Source of the DNA: an uncultured virus (IMG/VR IMGVR_UViG_3300010051_000510)
Lineage: Duplodnaviria > Heunggongvirae > Uroviricota > Caudoviricetes
IMG/VR virus record: IMGVR_UViG_3300010051_000510
Direction: 5' to 3' (one strand)
DNA length: 64,000 bases
This document shows, in pieces, positions 17,144-27,513 of this stretch (position 1 is its first letter; each line of letters opens with the position of its first letter). The position numbers and the translations under genes were made by a program. The notes beneath the pieces were generated by a model, which saw nothing but the letters and a program-made list of their open reading frames with translations, searched no databases and had not been told where the DNA came from.

Positions 17144-17668
17144 ATGACGCGAGCAGCCTCCGATCTGACCGCCGAGCTGCGAGACGCGATCCGCGACGCG
17201 GAAGGCACCGACGAGCACAACGAGGACGGCACCCTGAACCTGTTCTCCAACAACTGGGCGGAGATCACCCCGGGCGTCCGCGACCAGGAAGCGATCCGCT
17301 ACTACCTGCGCGGCAACTGCGCGCTGCTGGCCATCGAGATCCACCGCGCCGCCGGCTGGCCGCTGATCATGATCTCCTCCGAGGCGTCCAAGGACAGCCC
17401 GCACCACTACAACGACTCGCGCATGGTCCATGTGCTTACCCGCCGCCCTGACGGCCGCCTCGTCGACATCGGCGGCGCCCACACCGACCAGCAGGCCCTC
17501 GGCGACTGGCAGGGCACGTACCCCGACGTTCAGGCCGAGGAGATCAGCGAGGAGGGCCTGCTCGCCCTGATCGGCACGGGGGAGGGGCTGAGCATGTACA
17601 GCCCGCTGGAACGCGCTGTCACCCGCGACTACGCCGCCCGTCTCATCGACGGCCGCCTTACCCGATGA
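17144..17668 (+). CDS. papain/transglutaminase-like Cys-His-Asp fold protein
   Basis: GNCALLAIEIH...GW...VHVL...LVDIGG. Confidence 0.65.
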   Translation: MTRAASDLTAELRDAIRDAEGTDEHNEDGTLNLFSNNWAEITPGVRDQEAIRYYLRGNCALLAIEIHRAAGWPLIMISSEASKDSPHHYNDSRMVHVLTRRPDGRLVDIGGAHTDQQALGDWQGTYPDVQAEEISEEGLLALIGTGEGLSMYSPLERAVTRDYAARLIDGRLTR

Positions 17669-17747
17669 GCATCATCGAGCTGCTGGCCGCTTGCATTGAG
17701 CCGCCGCACCCGTTCCACGGCGACGCGTTCCAAGCCCCGCCGGCCGC

Positions 17748-18182
17748 TCAGCGGACCGCCCAGCCCGCGTAGGCCAGCCGCGCCGCGCGTAGCGTCGGCC
17801 AGGACCGGGCGAGCAACCCAACCGGCGTCTGCACAGGCGCGCGTTGCAGATGCCAGGCGCCGTCGCGTCGCTCAAACAGCGCGTGCGGGCCCGCGGCTGT
17901 CTCCCATACGCCGGGCCGGACCTTGACGACCGGCGCCGGCTGGGAGGCGAACCTGATCGGGTGGCGGTCCAACGCCACCCACAACGCTTCCAGCGCGCAG
18001 CGCCGTCTGGGGAACCCAACCTGGTCCAGGCGCTCAGACATCAGCAGGATCGCGGCGCCGGCGTGAACGCCTTCCAGGTACCAGAGCTTGTCCTGATCGT
18101 CGTGGTAGCAGAGCATGTCGACTCCGACGACCCGGTAGCAGCCGCGGAACTCCCGGCGAACAGGCACGCGAGGGCGAGACAT
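17748..18182 (-). CDS. WL-GL-F-TRR paralog family protein
   Basis: RLDQVGFPRRRCALEAL...P; second module PGVW...PTLRAAR; TATCGT 6 nt upstream. Confidence 0.7.
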   Translation of the reverse strand: MSRPRVPVRREFRGCYRVVGVDMLCYHDDQDKLWYLEGVHAGAAILLMSERLDQVGFPRRRCALEALWVALDRHPIRFASQPAPVVKVRPGVWETAAGPHALFERRDGAWHLQRAPVQTPVGLLARSWPTLRAARLAYAGWAVR

Positions 18183-18328
18183 CACCTCACGATACGACCC
18201 GCCCGCTGCTTCCAACACGGATGTTCGTTTCCCCGCGCCAGCCGCACCGCTGCCGTGATCTGAACGGTGAGTGAACGTTAGGTTGACGGCAGTCGCCGGC
18301 GGCTGGAACGCGCGGCGCGATCGACATC

Positions 18329-20317
18329 ATGACTTCCACATCGGTTCGCGTCGCCTTGGCCGGCGCTCTCAGCTCGCTTCTTCTCGCCACTCCCGCCGTG
18401 GCGGCCGACTCCTCCCCGGAGATCATCGTGCAGCGCGCCCCGGGGGTCAGTGTCGCCGCGGCCGCGGACGCTCGCCAGGACGCCGGCGTGAAGGTCGTGC
18501 AGGCGAACTTCATCGATCACGCCGATCTCGTCGTCGCCAAGGACGGCGATCAGGTCGCCGCCATCCGCGAGCTGGAAGCCGACCCGACCGTTCTGAGCGC
18601 CGAGCCGAACCGGCGGGTCTACGGCGCGCAGACCACTACCGGCCAGACCGCCGACGCGCTGTTCGGCAGCCTGTGGGGGATCACCCGCATCGGCGCTCCC
18701 GCCGCCTGGGACTACGCGAAGGGAGCTGGGGTGACCGTCGCTGTCGTCGACAGCGGCGTGCAGCTGAACCACCCGGACCTGAGCGTCGCGCAGAACACCG
18801 CTGATATCCCCGGCAACAGCATCGACGACGATTTCGACGGGTACGTCGACGACACCAATGGCTGGGACTGGGTGCAGGACGACAACGACCCCAGCGACGT
18901 CTACGGGCACGGCACCCACATCTCCGGGACGATCTCCGCCAACGAGAACACCATCGGCGTCGTCGGCGTCGCCCCGCAAGCCGACGTGATCAGCTACCGC
19001 GTCCTGGACAACTACAACTCGGGGCTCACCTCTGATGTCGCCGCTGCGTTCGACCTGGCCGGCCGCAAGGGCTACAAGATCGTCAACGCCTCACTGTCCT
19101 CGTCTGGCTTCTCCACCGTCGAGCAGGACGTGATCGCCAGCCATCCCAACACCCTGTACGTCGTCGCCGCCAGCAACGACAGCACTGACAACGACGCCGT
19201 CGGCCGCTACCCCTGCAACTACACGCTGCCCAACATCATCTGCGTCCAGGCGATCCAGTACGGCGACACCCTGGCCAGCTACAGCAACTGGGGCAAGACG
19301 ACCGTCGATATCGCCGCGCCCGGCACCAGCATCCTCAGCACCATCCCCGGCAGCACCTACGCGGCCTGGAACGGGACCAGCATGGCCACCCCGCACGTCG
19401 CCGGCGTCGCCGCGCTGCTGTGGTCCTACGACCCGTCGCTGACCGTCGCCCAGGTCAAACAGCTGATCCTCGACAACGCGCAGCCGCTGCCCGGGTTCGC
19501 GAACCTCAGCGTCACCGGCGGCCTCCTGGACGCCGACGCCGTCCTGGCCGCCGCGGCCGGGGACCCGCCGCCGCCCCCGCCGACGCCGCCCGCCAAGCCC
19601 GACAGTCTGACCGCGACCGCCCATGGCAGCCAGATCGATCTGGCCTGGTCGCCGGTCGCCGACGCCGCCAGCTACCGGATCTACCGCTGGGCGGACCGCG
19701 GGCCGTGGAACCTGGTGGCCACCGTCCAGTCCGACAAGACCACCTACTCAGACGTCGGGCTGGCCGCCAACACCACCTACTCCTACAAGGTCTCCGCGGT
19801 CGACGGCGACGACGAAGAAGGTGACACCAGCCCCGTCGCGTGGGACACCACCGCCGCGCTGAGCGTCACCCCCGCCCCGCCCACCTCCAACAACGGCGGC
19901 GGTGGCGGCGGTTCGACGCCGCCGAAGCCGGCGCCTCAGGCCGAGCAGCCCGCGGCGCCGCAGCCGGCGCCGGTCATCGCACCCGCGCCTGTCGTTCCCC
20001 CGTCCCCGACAACCCCGGCGACGCCCACGGTCACCGACGAGCCGAAGGATGAGCCGATCAGCGACGTCAAGCTCAACTCGAAGGGGATCCTGCGACTCAG
20101 CGGCGTGATCTCCGCGCTGCCGGACGGCCGCCGTGTCCGCGTCACCCTCACCGCGAACGTCCGCGGGCGCAAGATCACCAGAAGCGTGCTGGTGCACACC
20201 CAGGACGGGAAGTTCGCCGTCAAGCTGCGCGTGCCCGCCAGGATGCGCGGCGCCTCCCGGATCAAGGTGACCGTGAAAGCCGGCAAGCACGCCGGCACGG
20301 TCACCGTGCGCCGGTAG
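18329..20317 (+). CDS. secreted S8 subtilisin-like serine protease with FN3 domain and Pro-rich linker
   Basis: Signal peptide; VDSG, HGTH and GTSMATPHV catalytic triad; FN3 (YRIYR...YSYKVSAV). Confidence 0.95.
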   Translation: MTSTSVRVALAGALSSLLLATPAVAADSSPEIIVQRAPGVSVAAAADARQDAGVKVVQANFIDHADLVVAKDGDQVAAIRELEADPTVLSAEPNRRVYGAQTTTGQTADALFGSLWGITRIGAPAAWDYAKGAGVTVAVVDSGVQLNHPDLSVAQNTADIPGNSIDDDFDGYVDDTNGWDWVQDDNDPSDVYGHGTHISGTISANENTIGVVGVAPQADVISYRVLDNYNSGLTSDVAAAFDLAGRKGYKIVNASLSSSGFSTVEQDVIASHPNTLYVVAASNDSTDNDAVGRYPCNYTLPNIICVQAIQYGDTLASYSNWGKTTVDIAAPGTSILSTIPGSTYAAWNGTSMATPHVAGVAALLWSYDPSLTVAQVKQLILDNAQPLPGFANLSVTGGLLDADAVLAAAAGDPPPPPPTPPAKPDSLTATAHGSQIDLAWSPVADAASYRIYRWADRGPWNLVATVQSDKTTYSDVGLAANTTYSYKVSAVDGDDEEGDTSPVAWDTTAALSVTPAPPTSNNGGGGGGSTPPKPAPQAEQPAAPQPAPVIAPAPVVPPSPTTPATPTVTDEPKDEPISDVKLNSKGILRLSGVISALPDGRRVRVTLTANVRGRKITRSVLVHTQDGKFAVKLRVPARMRGASRIKVTVKAGKHAGTVTVRR

Positions 20318-20335
20318 CCCGATACGTTGCAGACT

Positions 20336-20821
20336 ATGAGACCGGCGGTGCTGCTTGACATTGACGGGGTGCTGAACCCGCTCAGCGTCAGCTGCCCCGC
20401 CGGGTTCACCGAGCTGCGCCTCGCCGGCTACGACGTCCAGCTGCACCCTGACCTGCACGCCCCGATGCTCCGCCAGCTCGCCCAGGCCGGGGAGCTGGTG
20501 TGGGCGACCACCTGGGAGCATGACGCCAACGCGTTCATCTCCCACCGCTACGGCCTTCCCGGCGACCTGGACGTGATCGAGATCGCCGGCGCTGACGCGA
20601 CAGCGCCCACCTGGAAGCTCGCCGACATCGCCGCTTGGGCTGACCGTCGCCCGGACCGGCCGATCGTGTGGCTGGACGACGAAGTCCGCCAGGACGCGCA
20701 CCGGTGGGCGCAAGGCCGGGCAGCCCCGACGTTGATCGTCGCGGTCCCCGGCCAGACCGGCCTCAGCCAGCAGCATGTCGATCAGGTGCTCAGCTGGACT
20801 GGCAGCCTGACCCAGCAGTAG
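20336..20821 (+). CDS. HAD phosphatase, Swiss-Army-Knife RNA-repair-like (second copy)
   Basis: LDIDGVLNP, ELVWATTWEHDAN, WK, WLDD and TGL motifs. Confidence 0.9.
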   Translation: MRPAVLLDIDGVLNPLSVSCPAGFTELRLAGYDVQLHPDLHAPMLRQLAQAGELVWATTWEHDANAFISHRYGLPGDLDVIEIAGADATAPTWKLADIAAWADRRPDRPIVWLDDEVRQDAHRWAQGRAAPTLIVAVPGQTGLSQQHVDQVLSWTGSLTQQ

Positions 20822-20871
20822 ACGGCACCGCCGGACCGCTCAGGGACGTGCGGCGGTGGCGTAGCCGCGAG

Positions 20872-21102
20872 CTAAGCGACGACGCGGTCGGTGATCCAGC
20901 CGCCGACGCCGCGGGCGACCCAGACCGCCAGGTAGACCGGCCACAGCAGCATCCCCGCCAGGACGGGAACGCCGACGAGAGCGACGCGCTCCCACACCGG
21001 CAGAGGCGAACGGAAATCGCTGGCGTTGCGGATCAGGCCGGCCGGAAGCATCACGAGGACGCCGGCCAGGTAAGCGAGGAGAACGATCGTGGCAATGTCC
21101 AT
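20872..21102 (-). CDS. small membrane protein
   Basis: Two TM segments, LLWPV; CGGATAAGGTG on the - strand. Confidence 0.75.
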   Translation of the reverse strand: MDIATIVLLAYLAGVLVMLPAGLIRNASDFRSPLPVWERVALVGVPVLAGMLLWPVYLAVWVARGVGGWITDRVVA

Positions 21103-21152
21103 GGCAGCACCTTATCCGCGGACGGCGGACATCGCGCTGATAGGTTGCTGGC
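21103..21152. promoter_or_regulatory. back-to-back divergent leaderless promoters
   Basis: - strand CGGATAAGGTG before 21102; + strand GATAGGTT before 21153. Confidence 0.7.
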
Positions 21153-21476
21153 ATGAGCGCTTCGTACAGCTACTCGACCGTGACGGTCTGCCGGGACTGC
21201 GGCGGCATGCACGTCGTCAACACCGATCATGCCCCTCGCGGCCCGCTGGCCTCCGATGCGGACCATTGCCGGTCGCGCAACTGGGTGGATGTCCGAGTGC
21301 CCTACTACGGGGTCGCTCAGCGCGAGGATCTCGGCAAGTGGGAATGGTTCTGCGCCGACACCGGCGGCCTGGTCGACAGCGAAGGCGTCGCCCGCTACCA
21401 CTCGTTCCGCGCCGCGGAGACGTTCGTCCCCGCCGATCTTCTGGCGCCGTCAGCCGCTGCTGGCGCCAGGACGTGA
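21153..21476 (+). CDS. hypothetical protein with CxxC
   Basis: Promoter motif; TGATG coupling to the next gene. Confidence 0.7.
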   Translation: MSASYSYSTVTVCRDCGGMHVVNTDHAPRGPLASDADHCRSRNWVDVRVPYYGVAQREDLGKWEWFCADTGGLVDSEGVARYHSFRAAETFVPADLLAPSAAAGART

Positions 21477-21961
21477 TGACCGCGCACCCTGCAGATGACG
21501 TGACTGGCGTAAGCACGATGACTTTTCCTCGCTTCGACGTCGAAGTTCGCACTCAGCCCTTCCACGCCGAGGCGCGCGTCATCACTCCCGACGAGCAGCT
21601 CATCCATCTCACGGTCGAGATGAACGCCGCCCACACTGTCTGGGAGATCCGCGCTCGCACCCACGGCAATCTGCTGCGCGCCGCCTACGACCTCGAACCC
21701 GCCGATCTCGCCGGCGAGGAGAAGGTCACCGTCACGCAGGACCTCACCTACAGCCGCTGCACGATCCGTTTCCGGCTGCCCGGAGGCCAGCGCGTGGATC
21801 TGATGGTCGACATGCACTCCACGGAGACGACCTTGGCGAAGTGGCGGGTCAGCTCGTTTCTGTTGGACGAGTGGGCGATCCCGAAGCTGCAGCTGGCCGA
21901 GTACCACATGCCGATCGCCGACCCGGCGAAGGTCAAGCATCTGACCACGCGGCTCTTCTAG
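21476..21961 (+). CDS. hypothetical protein
   Basis: Coupled start; beta-rich composition. Confidence 0.65.
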   Translation: MTAHPADDVTGVSTMTFPRFDVEVRTQPFHAEARVITPDEQLIHLTVEMNAAHTVWEIRARTHGNLLRAAYDLEPADLAGEEKVTVTQDLTYSRCTIRFRLPGGQRVDLMVDMHSTETTLAKWRVSSFLLDEWAIPKLQLAEYHMPIADPAKVKHLTTRLF

Positions 21962-21994
21962 CCGTCGGGCCAGCGGCAGGTAAGCTCCCACGTC

Positions 21995-22288
21995 ATGGCT
22001 GACGTCCCGCCCGCCGAGCCGCTGTACCTCGTCCGGTTCTTCGACGGCTTCGATCACGAATGGACGGACGTCAGCGAGCCGATGCCGCGCGAGCAGGCCG
22101 AGCAGCTCTGCCGGGAACGCAACCGCGCGCGCACCGGAACGGCCGCCGGCAAGGAAACCGGCGAGTACGCCGACATCGACTACTACCGGGTCTTCGAGTC
22201 CGACACCGTCATGGTCCATTCCCGCCAAGGACGCAAGGACCTCGCCGACCGCGCGCCCTGGCATCCGCATGTCGCCCGCGACAACTGA
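21995..22288 (+). CDS. hypothetical protein
   Basis: TAAGCT upstream; YLVRFFDGFDHEW...DIDYYRVF. Confidence 0.7.
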   Translation: MADVPPAEPLYLVRFFDGFDHEWTDVSEPMPREQAEQLCRERNRARTGTAAGKETGEYADIDYYRVFESDTVMVHSRQGRKDLADRAPWHPHVARDN

Positions 22289-22706
22289 CCAGCTTCCCGG
22301 CCGCCTGCGCGACCTGATCGGCGGCTGGGCCGCCCGCCCCGACATCAAGGCGCTGCGCGACCCGCGCACCGCCCGCGCCCGCTGCAACGACGCCAGCCGC
22401 CAGTTCTCCGAGCAAGCCGCCACGGCGGGGCTGCGCGCGGACACCTGGCCCGCATGGGCCGACCAGCTGGGGATCAGCCGCCAGGAAGCCGAGCTGTGGC
22501 CCGATGACTCGCATGTCGTCTGCGTCGTGTGGATCGGCGAGCGGATCTTCACCGTCGACTGGACCGCAGCCCAGTACGGGATCACCGACCCGTTCCCGCT
22601 GATCTACGAGGTGCGCGAGCTGCCGCGTCGCGACCCATGGCTGCTGACCGAGCAGGAGGCCGTGGAGCAGATGCGCCGGCTGCGCGAGAGCGTCCAACCC
22701 GGATAG
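22269..22706 (+). CDS. papain/transglutaminase-like Cys-His-Asp fold protein
   Basis: RCNDASRQF...SHVVCVV...VDWTAAQY. Confidence 0.6.
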   Translation: MSPATTDQLPGRLRDLIGGWAARPDIKALRDPRTARARCNDASRQFSEQAATAGLRADTWPAWADQLGISRQEAELWPDDSHVVCVVWIGERIFTVDWTAAQYGITDPFPLIYEVRELPRRDPWLLTEQEAVEQMRRLRESVQPG

Positions 22707-22715
22707 CGTGCAGGT

Positions 22716-22988
22716 ATGAGCACCCGCACCTCACTGGGCGCGACCGGCCCCAGCGTGGAACGCCGCGCCGGCATCCTCGACATCCTCTCCGGGCTGGACG
22801 AGCCGATCGAAACCCAGTCGCTGATCCCGCTGCTGGAGCAGGCGCAGGTGCGGCTGCACACCCACGGCCGCTACGACATGGTCAACGCCGACTTGAAGTT
22901 CATGGAGAAGCGCGGCCTGGTCGCCAAGACCGTCATGAAGCGCGACGGGCTGCCGGGCAAGGCCGCTCGCTGGGCGATCGCCAGGTAG
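22716..22988 (+). CDS. winged-helix DNA-binding protein
   Basis: RRAGILDIL...VNADLKFMEKRGLV...RWAI. Confidence 0.65.
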   Translation: MSTRTSLGATGPSVERRAGILDILSGLDEPIETQSLIPLLEQAQVRLHTHGRYDMVNADLKFMEKRGLVAKTVMKRDGLPGKAARWAIAR

Positions 22989-23081
22989 CAGTCTGTCCCG
23001 CATGCGCGCTGTCCCGAACGGGGCAACAGCGTCGGGGCGCGCGGATCCAATCAGGCTGCTGTCCTGATCGGGACAGCAGGG

Positions 23082-23366
23082 TTAGATGCCGAGCGCCTGC
23101 GCGAGCGCGTTGTCCTCGCCCGGCTCATCCCAGCAGGCGAACTTGCCTTCCGCCCACAGCACACGCGCCTGACGGATGTAATTGCCCGGGTAGCAGCAGA
23201 AGGCGCGATACCCCGGACGATGCTTATCCAGCCATCGTGCGGCCATCTCATCCGCCTCGGGCTGCGACCGGGTCGGGACAAGCAGCCAGTCCACCCGCCA
23301 CGGGGACCAGTAGAACACCTGCACGATCGAGTAGCGGCGCGCTTCGATATCATCGCGCGTGAGCAT
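23082..23366 (-). CDS. hypothetical protein
   Basis: GGATAAGGTG 6 nt before ATG on the - strand. Confidence 0.7.
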   Translation of the reverse strand: MLTRDDIEARRYSIVQVFYWSPWRVDWLLVPTRSQPEADEMAARWLDKHRPGYRAFCCYPGNYIRQARVLWAEGKFACWDEPGEDNALAQALGI

Positions 23367-23632
23367 GGACGCACCTTATCCCTCTCGCCTACGCTCGCGA
23401 GGTTGGGGTTCAGAGAGCCGCCGGCTGGGGACTGCGCTTGGTGCGGGCGGCGGCCAGCGACCGTGTGGTGGACGGAAGGCGCGGTCGCGTTCGTGCATGG
23501 GATGGCGATCGGCGTCGGCGAACGCTGCTGCGTCAGCCGGCAGCTCGCGCACGCCCGCGAGACGGCCGCGACGATCCCACAGCTGGAAGCTCAGCTCGCC
23601 GCGTTGGATGACCACGCAGATAACGTGCTTGG

Positions 23633-24166
23633 GTGACGCTTCCTTCGCTGCATCGCTATACGCGTTTCACGGGCATGTCCGCGTGGAGGATCGCTGACAC
23701 GGCTGTCGGAATCGTCCGCGCCCCGAACGGCCAGTGGCTGCTGGTCTCGTTGGGCCGGCGCACCGGCAGCTTCCGGTGGCTGGCTGCCAACGGGCTGATG
23801 CGCGAAACCTTCCCGACGCGCCGCCAGGCGCTGATGACCGCCGCAGCGATCATGGAGATCAGTCCGCCGCCCCGCCTGACCGCGCCGCAAGCGCGCCGCG
23901 CGGGCCCCGGGGAGTACGTCAGCCCGCGCGGTCATTTCCGCGCTGTGCGCGGTGGAGGCGTCGTGCGGTTCGCCGCGGTCACCGCGCCGGCCCGTGACGT
24001 GAAACTGCCGGCGCCGGCGGGCCTGACCCGGGCGCAGATCGCTCAGCAGTTCGCGCTGCTGGACGCGCGCGCTCGAACAGCGATCCGCGCCCGCCGCGGA
24101 CGCGTCCGCAAGGGGAGGGTTCCGGCAACTGCGATCCCGGCTGACCCTGGTAAGGGCGTGTCATGA
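23633..24166 (+). CDS. WL-GL-F-TRR paralog family protein
   Basis: WLAANGLMRETFPTRRQALMTAAAIMEISPPP. Confidence 0.75.
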   Translation: MTLPSLHRYTRFTGMSAWRIADTAVGIVRAPNGQWLLVSLGRRTGSFRWLAANGLMRETFPTRRQALMTAAAIMEISPPPRLTAPQARRAGPGEYVSPRGHFRAVRGGGVVRFAAVTAPARDVKLPAPAGLTRAQIAQQFALLDARARTAIRARRGRVRKGRVPATAIPADPGKGVS

Positions 24167-24525
24167 GCTGCGAGAGCCTCAGCGACCTGCGCGCGCTTCC
24201 GCACAGCAGGAAAGTGGAGGTGGCCCGCTGGACTCGCGACCGCGACATCCAGGAGGCGATTGCCGCCACCTGCTCCAAGACGGTGAAGATGGCGCTGACC
24301 GCCAACCGCAATGCGCATCTGTCCGCGCTGGCGATCCTCGCTGAGGACCGCGACCCCGCCAACGCGGAGGTTCGCATCGCGGCCCGGCTCGCTCACAACC
24401 TCAAAGCCAAGCAGCTGAGGGAGAAACTCGCCGAGGACCTGGTCGATGCCTTGGAAGGGGTGCGCCTGCCCGAGCCGGCTCAGCGGATCGTCGATCAGAT
24501 CCGGCAGCTGGAGTCGGTTCGGTGA
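24163..24525 (+). CDS. helical hypothetical protein
   Basis: Coupled on both sides. Confidence 0.65.
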   Translation: MSCESLSDLRALPHSRKVEVARWTRDRDIQEAIAATCSKTVKMALTANRNAHLSALAILAEDRDPANAEVRIAARLAHNLKAKQLREKLAEDLVDALEGVRLPEPAQRIVDQIRQLESVR

Positions 24526-24998
24526 CCGCTCAGGCCGAGAGGCTGCCGCCGTTGTATCGGATCACGTTCAACCAGCAGGAGCGTCTGTACTGGGTCGGAG
24601 ATCTGCTCCTGTACGTGCGCAGAGGCCCCGAAGCGTGGATCATCGAGTCGTACGGTCCGAGCGCTGGCGAGCCGTCACGATGGGTCAGGCGCAACGGACT
24701 GGCCGGCGCCGTGTTCGCGCGTCGCCGGGACGCGGTGCGCGCGGTCATGGCCGCCGACGGCATCGATCCCGCGCCCCGCCATCAGGTCCCCGAACGCGCC
24801 CGGCTGATCCGAGTGGGGGCCGGGGAGGCGCGCAGCCGCGACGGGCATTTCACCGCGACCTGGGTGACGACCGGATGGACGGCGCACTGGGAAGTGACGT
24901 CCAAGGGCCGCTACTCTCAAGTCGGGAACTCCCGCACGCTGACCATGGCCGAACGGCGGATCGGCCGGCACATCATCGATCGCGGCGCCGACGCCTGA
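24522..24998 (+). CDS. WL-GL-F-TRR paralog family protein
   Basis: WVRRNGLAGAVFARRRDAVRAVMAADGIDP; RTLTMAERRI. Confidence 0.75.
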   Translation: MTAQAERLPPLYRITFNQQERLYWVGDLLLYVRRGPEAWIIESYGPSAGEPSRWVRRNGLAGAVFARRRDAVRAVMAADGIDPAPRHQVPERARLIRVGAGEARSRDGHFTATWVTTGWTAHWEVTSKGRYSQVGNSRTLTMAERRIGRHIIDRGADA

Positions 24999-25036
24999 CC
25001 TGCCGCCACCGCGCGCTCGGCGGATAACGTGCGTAC

Positions 25037-25252
25037 ATGAGCATGACCGCAACCGCTGCCGTCGCGGCGCTGACGGACGCGCAGACCGAGTTCCTGTCCG
25101 CGCTGCCCGTTCACATGGACCGCACCCGCGAGCTGCTGAGCCTCTCAGAGGAGCGGGAGCTGATCAGCGAGGCGCTGATCTGCTGGGATCCTCGCGATCA
25201 GAGCTGGTATCCGACCGGCAAGGCGATCCGCGCCGGCCTCGCCGACGACTGA
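25037..25252 (+). CDS. small hypothetical protein
   Basis: CGGATAACGTG promoter. Confidence 0.7.
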   Translation: MSMTATAAVAALTDAQTEFLSALPVHMDRTRELLSLSEERELISEALICWDPRDQSWYPTGKAIRAGLADD

Positions 25253-25806
25253 TGAGCCAGTCCCCGCCGATGAAGCTTCACCGGCTGCCCGGCTGCGAAC
25301 GGCCGGGCTGGCAGGTCGGCCGCACCGGCCTGCAGCTGCTGCACGGCTTCCACGGCGGCTGGCGGGTCACGTGCCTCAGTAGCCGCCACCGCCACGAGGT
25401 CGACTGGCTGGTCAAGCATCGTCTCGGCGGCGCCTACGGGATCCAGTACATCTGGCCGACCCGCCGCGAAGCGCTGCGGACCATCAGCGCTCTCCTCGCA
25501 GTAGATCCGCTGCCCGAGTACGACGCGCCGCCGACCCCGCGAAAGACCGCGCCCGGCGTCTGGATCGGCCCGGGCAATCTGATCAGCGCCAGCCAGGGCC
25601 CCGGAGGGTGGCAGCTCACGGCGGTCAACCCCGACCACGCCGCCCTGCTGCCGTACGGCCCGCATCGGGGCTTCCGGACGCTGGCGAGCCTGCACCGGCT
25701 GCTGGAGTCCGCGGAGCGCGGCCTGCGGATCGACTTGGCCCACGAGGCGGACATCCGCTGCGAGGATGAGTCCTGCGAGCGGTGCATCGTCGACTACGAC
25801 AACTGA
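25252..25806 (+). CDS. WL-GL-F-TRR paralog family protein
   Basis: WLVKHRLG...WPTRREALRTISALLAVDPLP; GFRTLASL. Confidence 0.75.
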   Translation: MSQSPPMKLHRLPGCERPGWQVGRTGLQLLHGFHGGWRVTCLSSRHRHEVDWLVKHRLGGAYGIQYIWPTRREALRTISALLAVDPLPEYDAPPTPRKTAPGVWIGPGNLISASQGPGGWQLTAVNPDHAALLPYGPHRGFRTLASLHRLLESAERGLRIDLAHEADIRCEDESCERCIVDYDN

Positions 25807-25868
25807 GACGACTGAACGAGTCAGACCGCAGGGTCGGCGGCAAGGGAACCGGCAGATAACGTGCGAGC

Positions 25869-26207
25869 ATGAGCAAGCACAAGCATGACTTCCGGCTCGC
25901 CGGCAGCCACCGGTACGGCGCGATCACCGGCTCCTGCACGAAGCCGATGTACGAGTGCTCCTGCGGCGCGCAGAAGTACGGCGTCCCGATCAAGGGCTGG
26001 TGGACGGTGCAGGAGCTGCGCGCCGGCGTCCGCGATCACGGCCGCACCGGCCTGTTCGGCCGCCACAAGCACACCTTCGAGGTGACCGCCCGCCAGAACT
26101 TCGACGCGCTCGGCGGCCCCCACTACCGCGTGCTGGAGCGCTGCTCCTGCGGACGACGGCGCGTTCTGGTCTGCAAGGGCAGTCACCGCGACGCCCGCGA
26201 CGCCTAG
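25869..26207 (+). CDS. small Zn-binding protein with duplicated HxH...CSCG
   Basis: HKHDF...CSCG and HKHTF...CSCG. Confidence 0.7.
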   Translation: MSKHKHDFRLAGSHRYGAITGSCTKPMYECSCGAQKYGVPIKGWWTVQELRAGVRDHGRTGLFGRHKHTFEVTARQNFDALGGPHYRVLERCSCGRRRVLVCKGSHRDARDA

Positions 26208-26234
26208 CCCCGCCATCGCGGATAGGTTGACCTC

Positions 26235-27020
26235 ATGAGCAGCGACATCGTCAGCAAGGACGGTCTCGGGGACCGCATGAAGGCCTACGAGCGGGAGACC
26301 CGCACCTACCTGCCCGCGCGCACTTTCTCGGTCATTCGTCTTGATGGGGCGTCGTTCAGCCGCTGGACCCGCGGTCTGGAGCGTCCGTACTCGACGCGGA
26401 TGCTGGACGCGATGGGGGAGAGCATGCTCGGCCTGTGCGAGCAGATCCCCGGCGTCGTCTGCGCCTACACGCAGTCCGACGAGCTGACCGTGGTCATGCA
26501 GGACTTCGCCAACCAGGACACGCAGCCCTGGTACGGCGGCGCGGTCCAGAAGATCACGTCGGTGTCGGCGTCGATGATGACCGCCCTGTTCGCCCGCCAC
26601 TTTCAGGATCGCCCGCCGGCGATGTTCGACGCGCGCGTCTTCACCGTCCCCAACCGGGTTGAGGCGGCGAACGCGTTGATGTGGCGCGGGCTCGACTGCC
26701 GCCGCAACGCCATCTCCATGCTCGCCTCCCAGCACTTCTCTGCCAAGCAGCTCCATGGCGTCCCGACGGACGAGCGCCGACAGATGCTGATCGACGCTGG
26801 GGTTGCCCTGGACGCGGCCGATCCTCGCTTCATGCTCGGCCAGTTCGCCCGCCAGGTCACCGTGCTGCGCACCAGCTACAAGGACCGCCGCACAGGTGAG
26901 ACCGTGATGCTGGCAGAGCCGGCCGTCTCCAAGAAGTGGGTGGTCGAGCCGGCGCCGGTGCTGGACGCCCAGCCCGACGGTGTCCTGCTGTCGGAGATCC
27001 TGCCCGCCGACCCCGAGTAG
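26235..27020 (+). CDS. tRNA(His) guanylyltransferase Thg1-like 3'-5' polymerase
   Basis: LGDRMKAYE, IRLDGASFSRWT, YTQSDE, QKITS, FDAR and DCRRNAISM motifs. Confidence 0.93.
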   Translation: MSSDIVSKDGLGDRMKAYERETRTYLPARTFSVIRLDGASFSRWTRGLERPYSTRMLDAMGESMLGLCEQIPGVVCAYTQSDELTVVMQDFANQDTQPWYGGAVQKITSVSASMMTALFARHFQDRPPAMFDARVFTVPNRVEAANALMWRGLDCRRNAISMLASQHFSAKQLHGVPTDERRQMLIDAGVALDAADPRFMLGQFARQVTVLRTSYKDRRTGETVMLAEPAVSKKWVVEPAPVLDAQPDGVLLSEILPADPE

Positions 27021-27087
27021 GCCACCGCTGGCGCCAGGGCGGAATCCGCATGATGCGCCCAGCCGACCGGGCGGATATGGTGCCGCC

Positions 27088-27456
27088 ATGGAATCAACGA
27101 CGCAGAACGCCCAGCCCGCGTATGGATTCGGGGAAACCCCCGCAGAGCAGATCGCGGCCTCGTTCGAGTGGCTGCGCTCCGTAACGTTCGACGCTCTCGC
27201 GGTCGACATCGACCGCGCCGAGACTGCCTTGCGCCAAGCGCGGGCGGGCGTCGGCGATCACAACCTCCTCGACGCCAACACATCGGTGGAACTCGCCCGC
27301 CTGCGCCTGGCGCTTCGGCTCATCGGCGAGGGCGCCACCAGGACGCTGCTGGACTCGCTCGCCCAGACCGGACTCAACGACGACCCGGCGTTCTATCTGC
27401 GCAACACCCTGATCGAGGCGCTCGGCCTCCCGGAAGAGACCGACCCGGACGCCTAG
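27088..27456 (+). CDS. hypothetical protein
   Basis: CGGATATGGTG 6 nt before ATG 27088. Confidence 0.7.
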   Translation: MESTTQNAQPAYGFGETPAEQIAASFEWLRSVTFDALAVDIDRAETALRQARAGVGDHNLLDANTSVELARLRLALRLIGEGATRTLLDSLAQTGLNDDPAFYLRNTLIEALGLPEETDPDA

Positions 27457-27513
27457 CAACATCTTCGCGTCGCCCGACCACGCCGGCTGCAGGACGGACG
27501 ATATGTTCGTCGC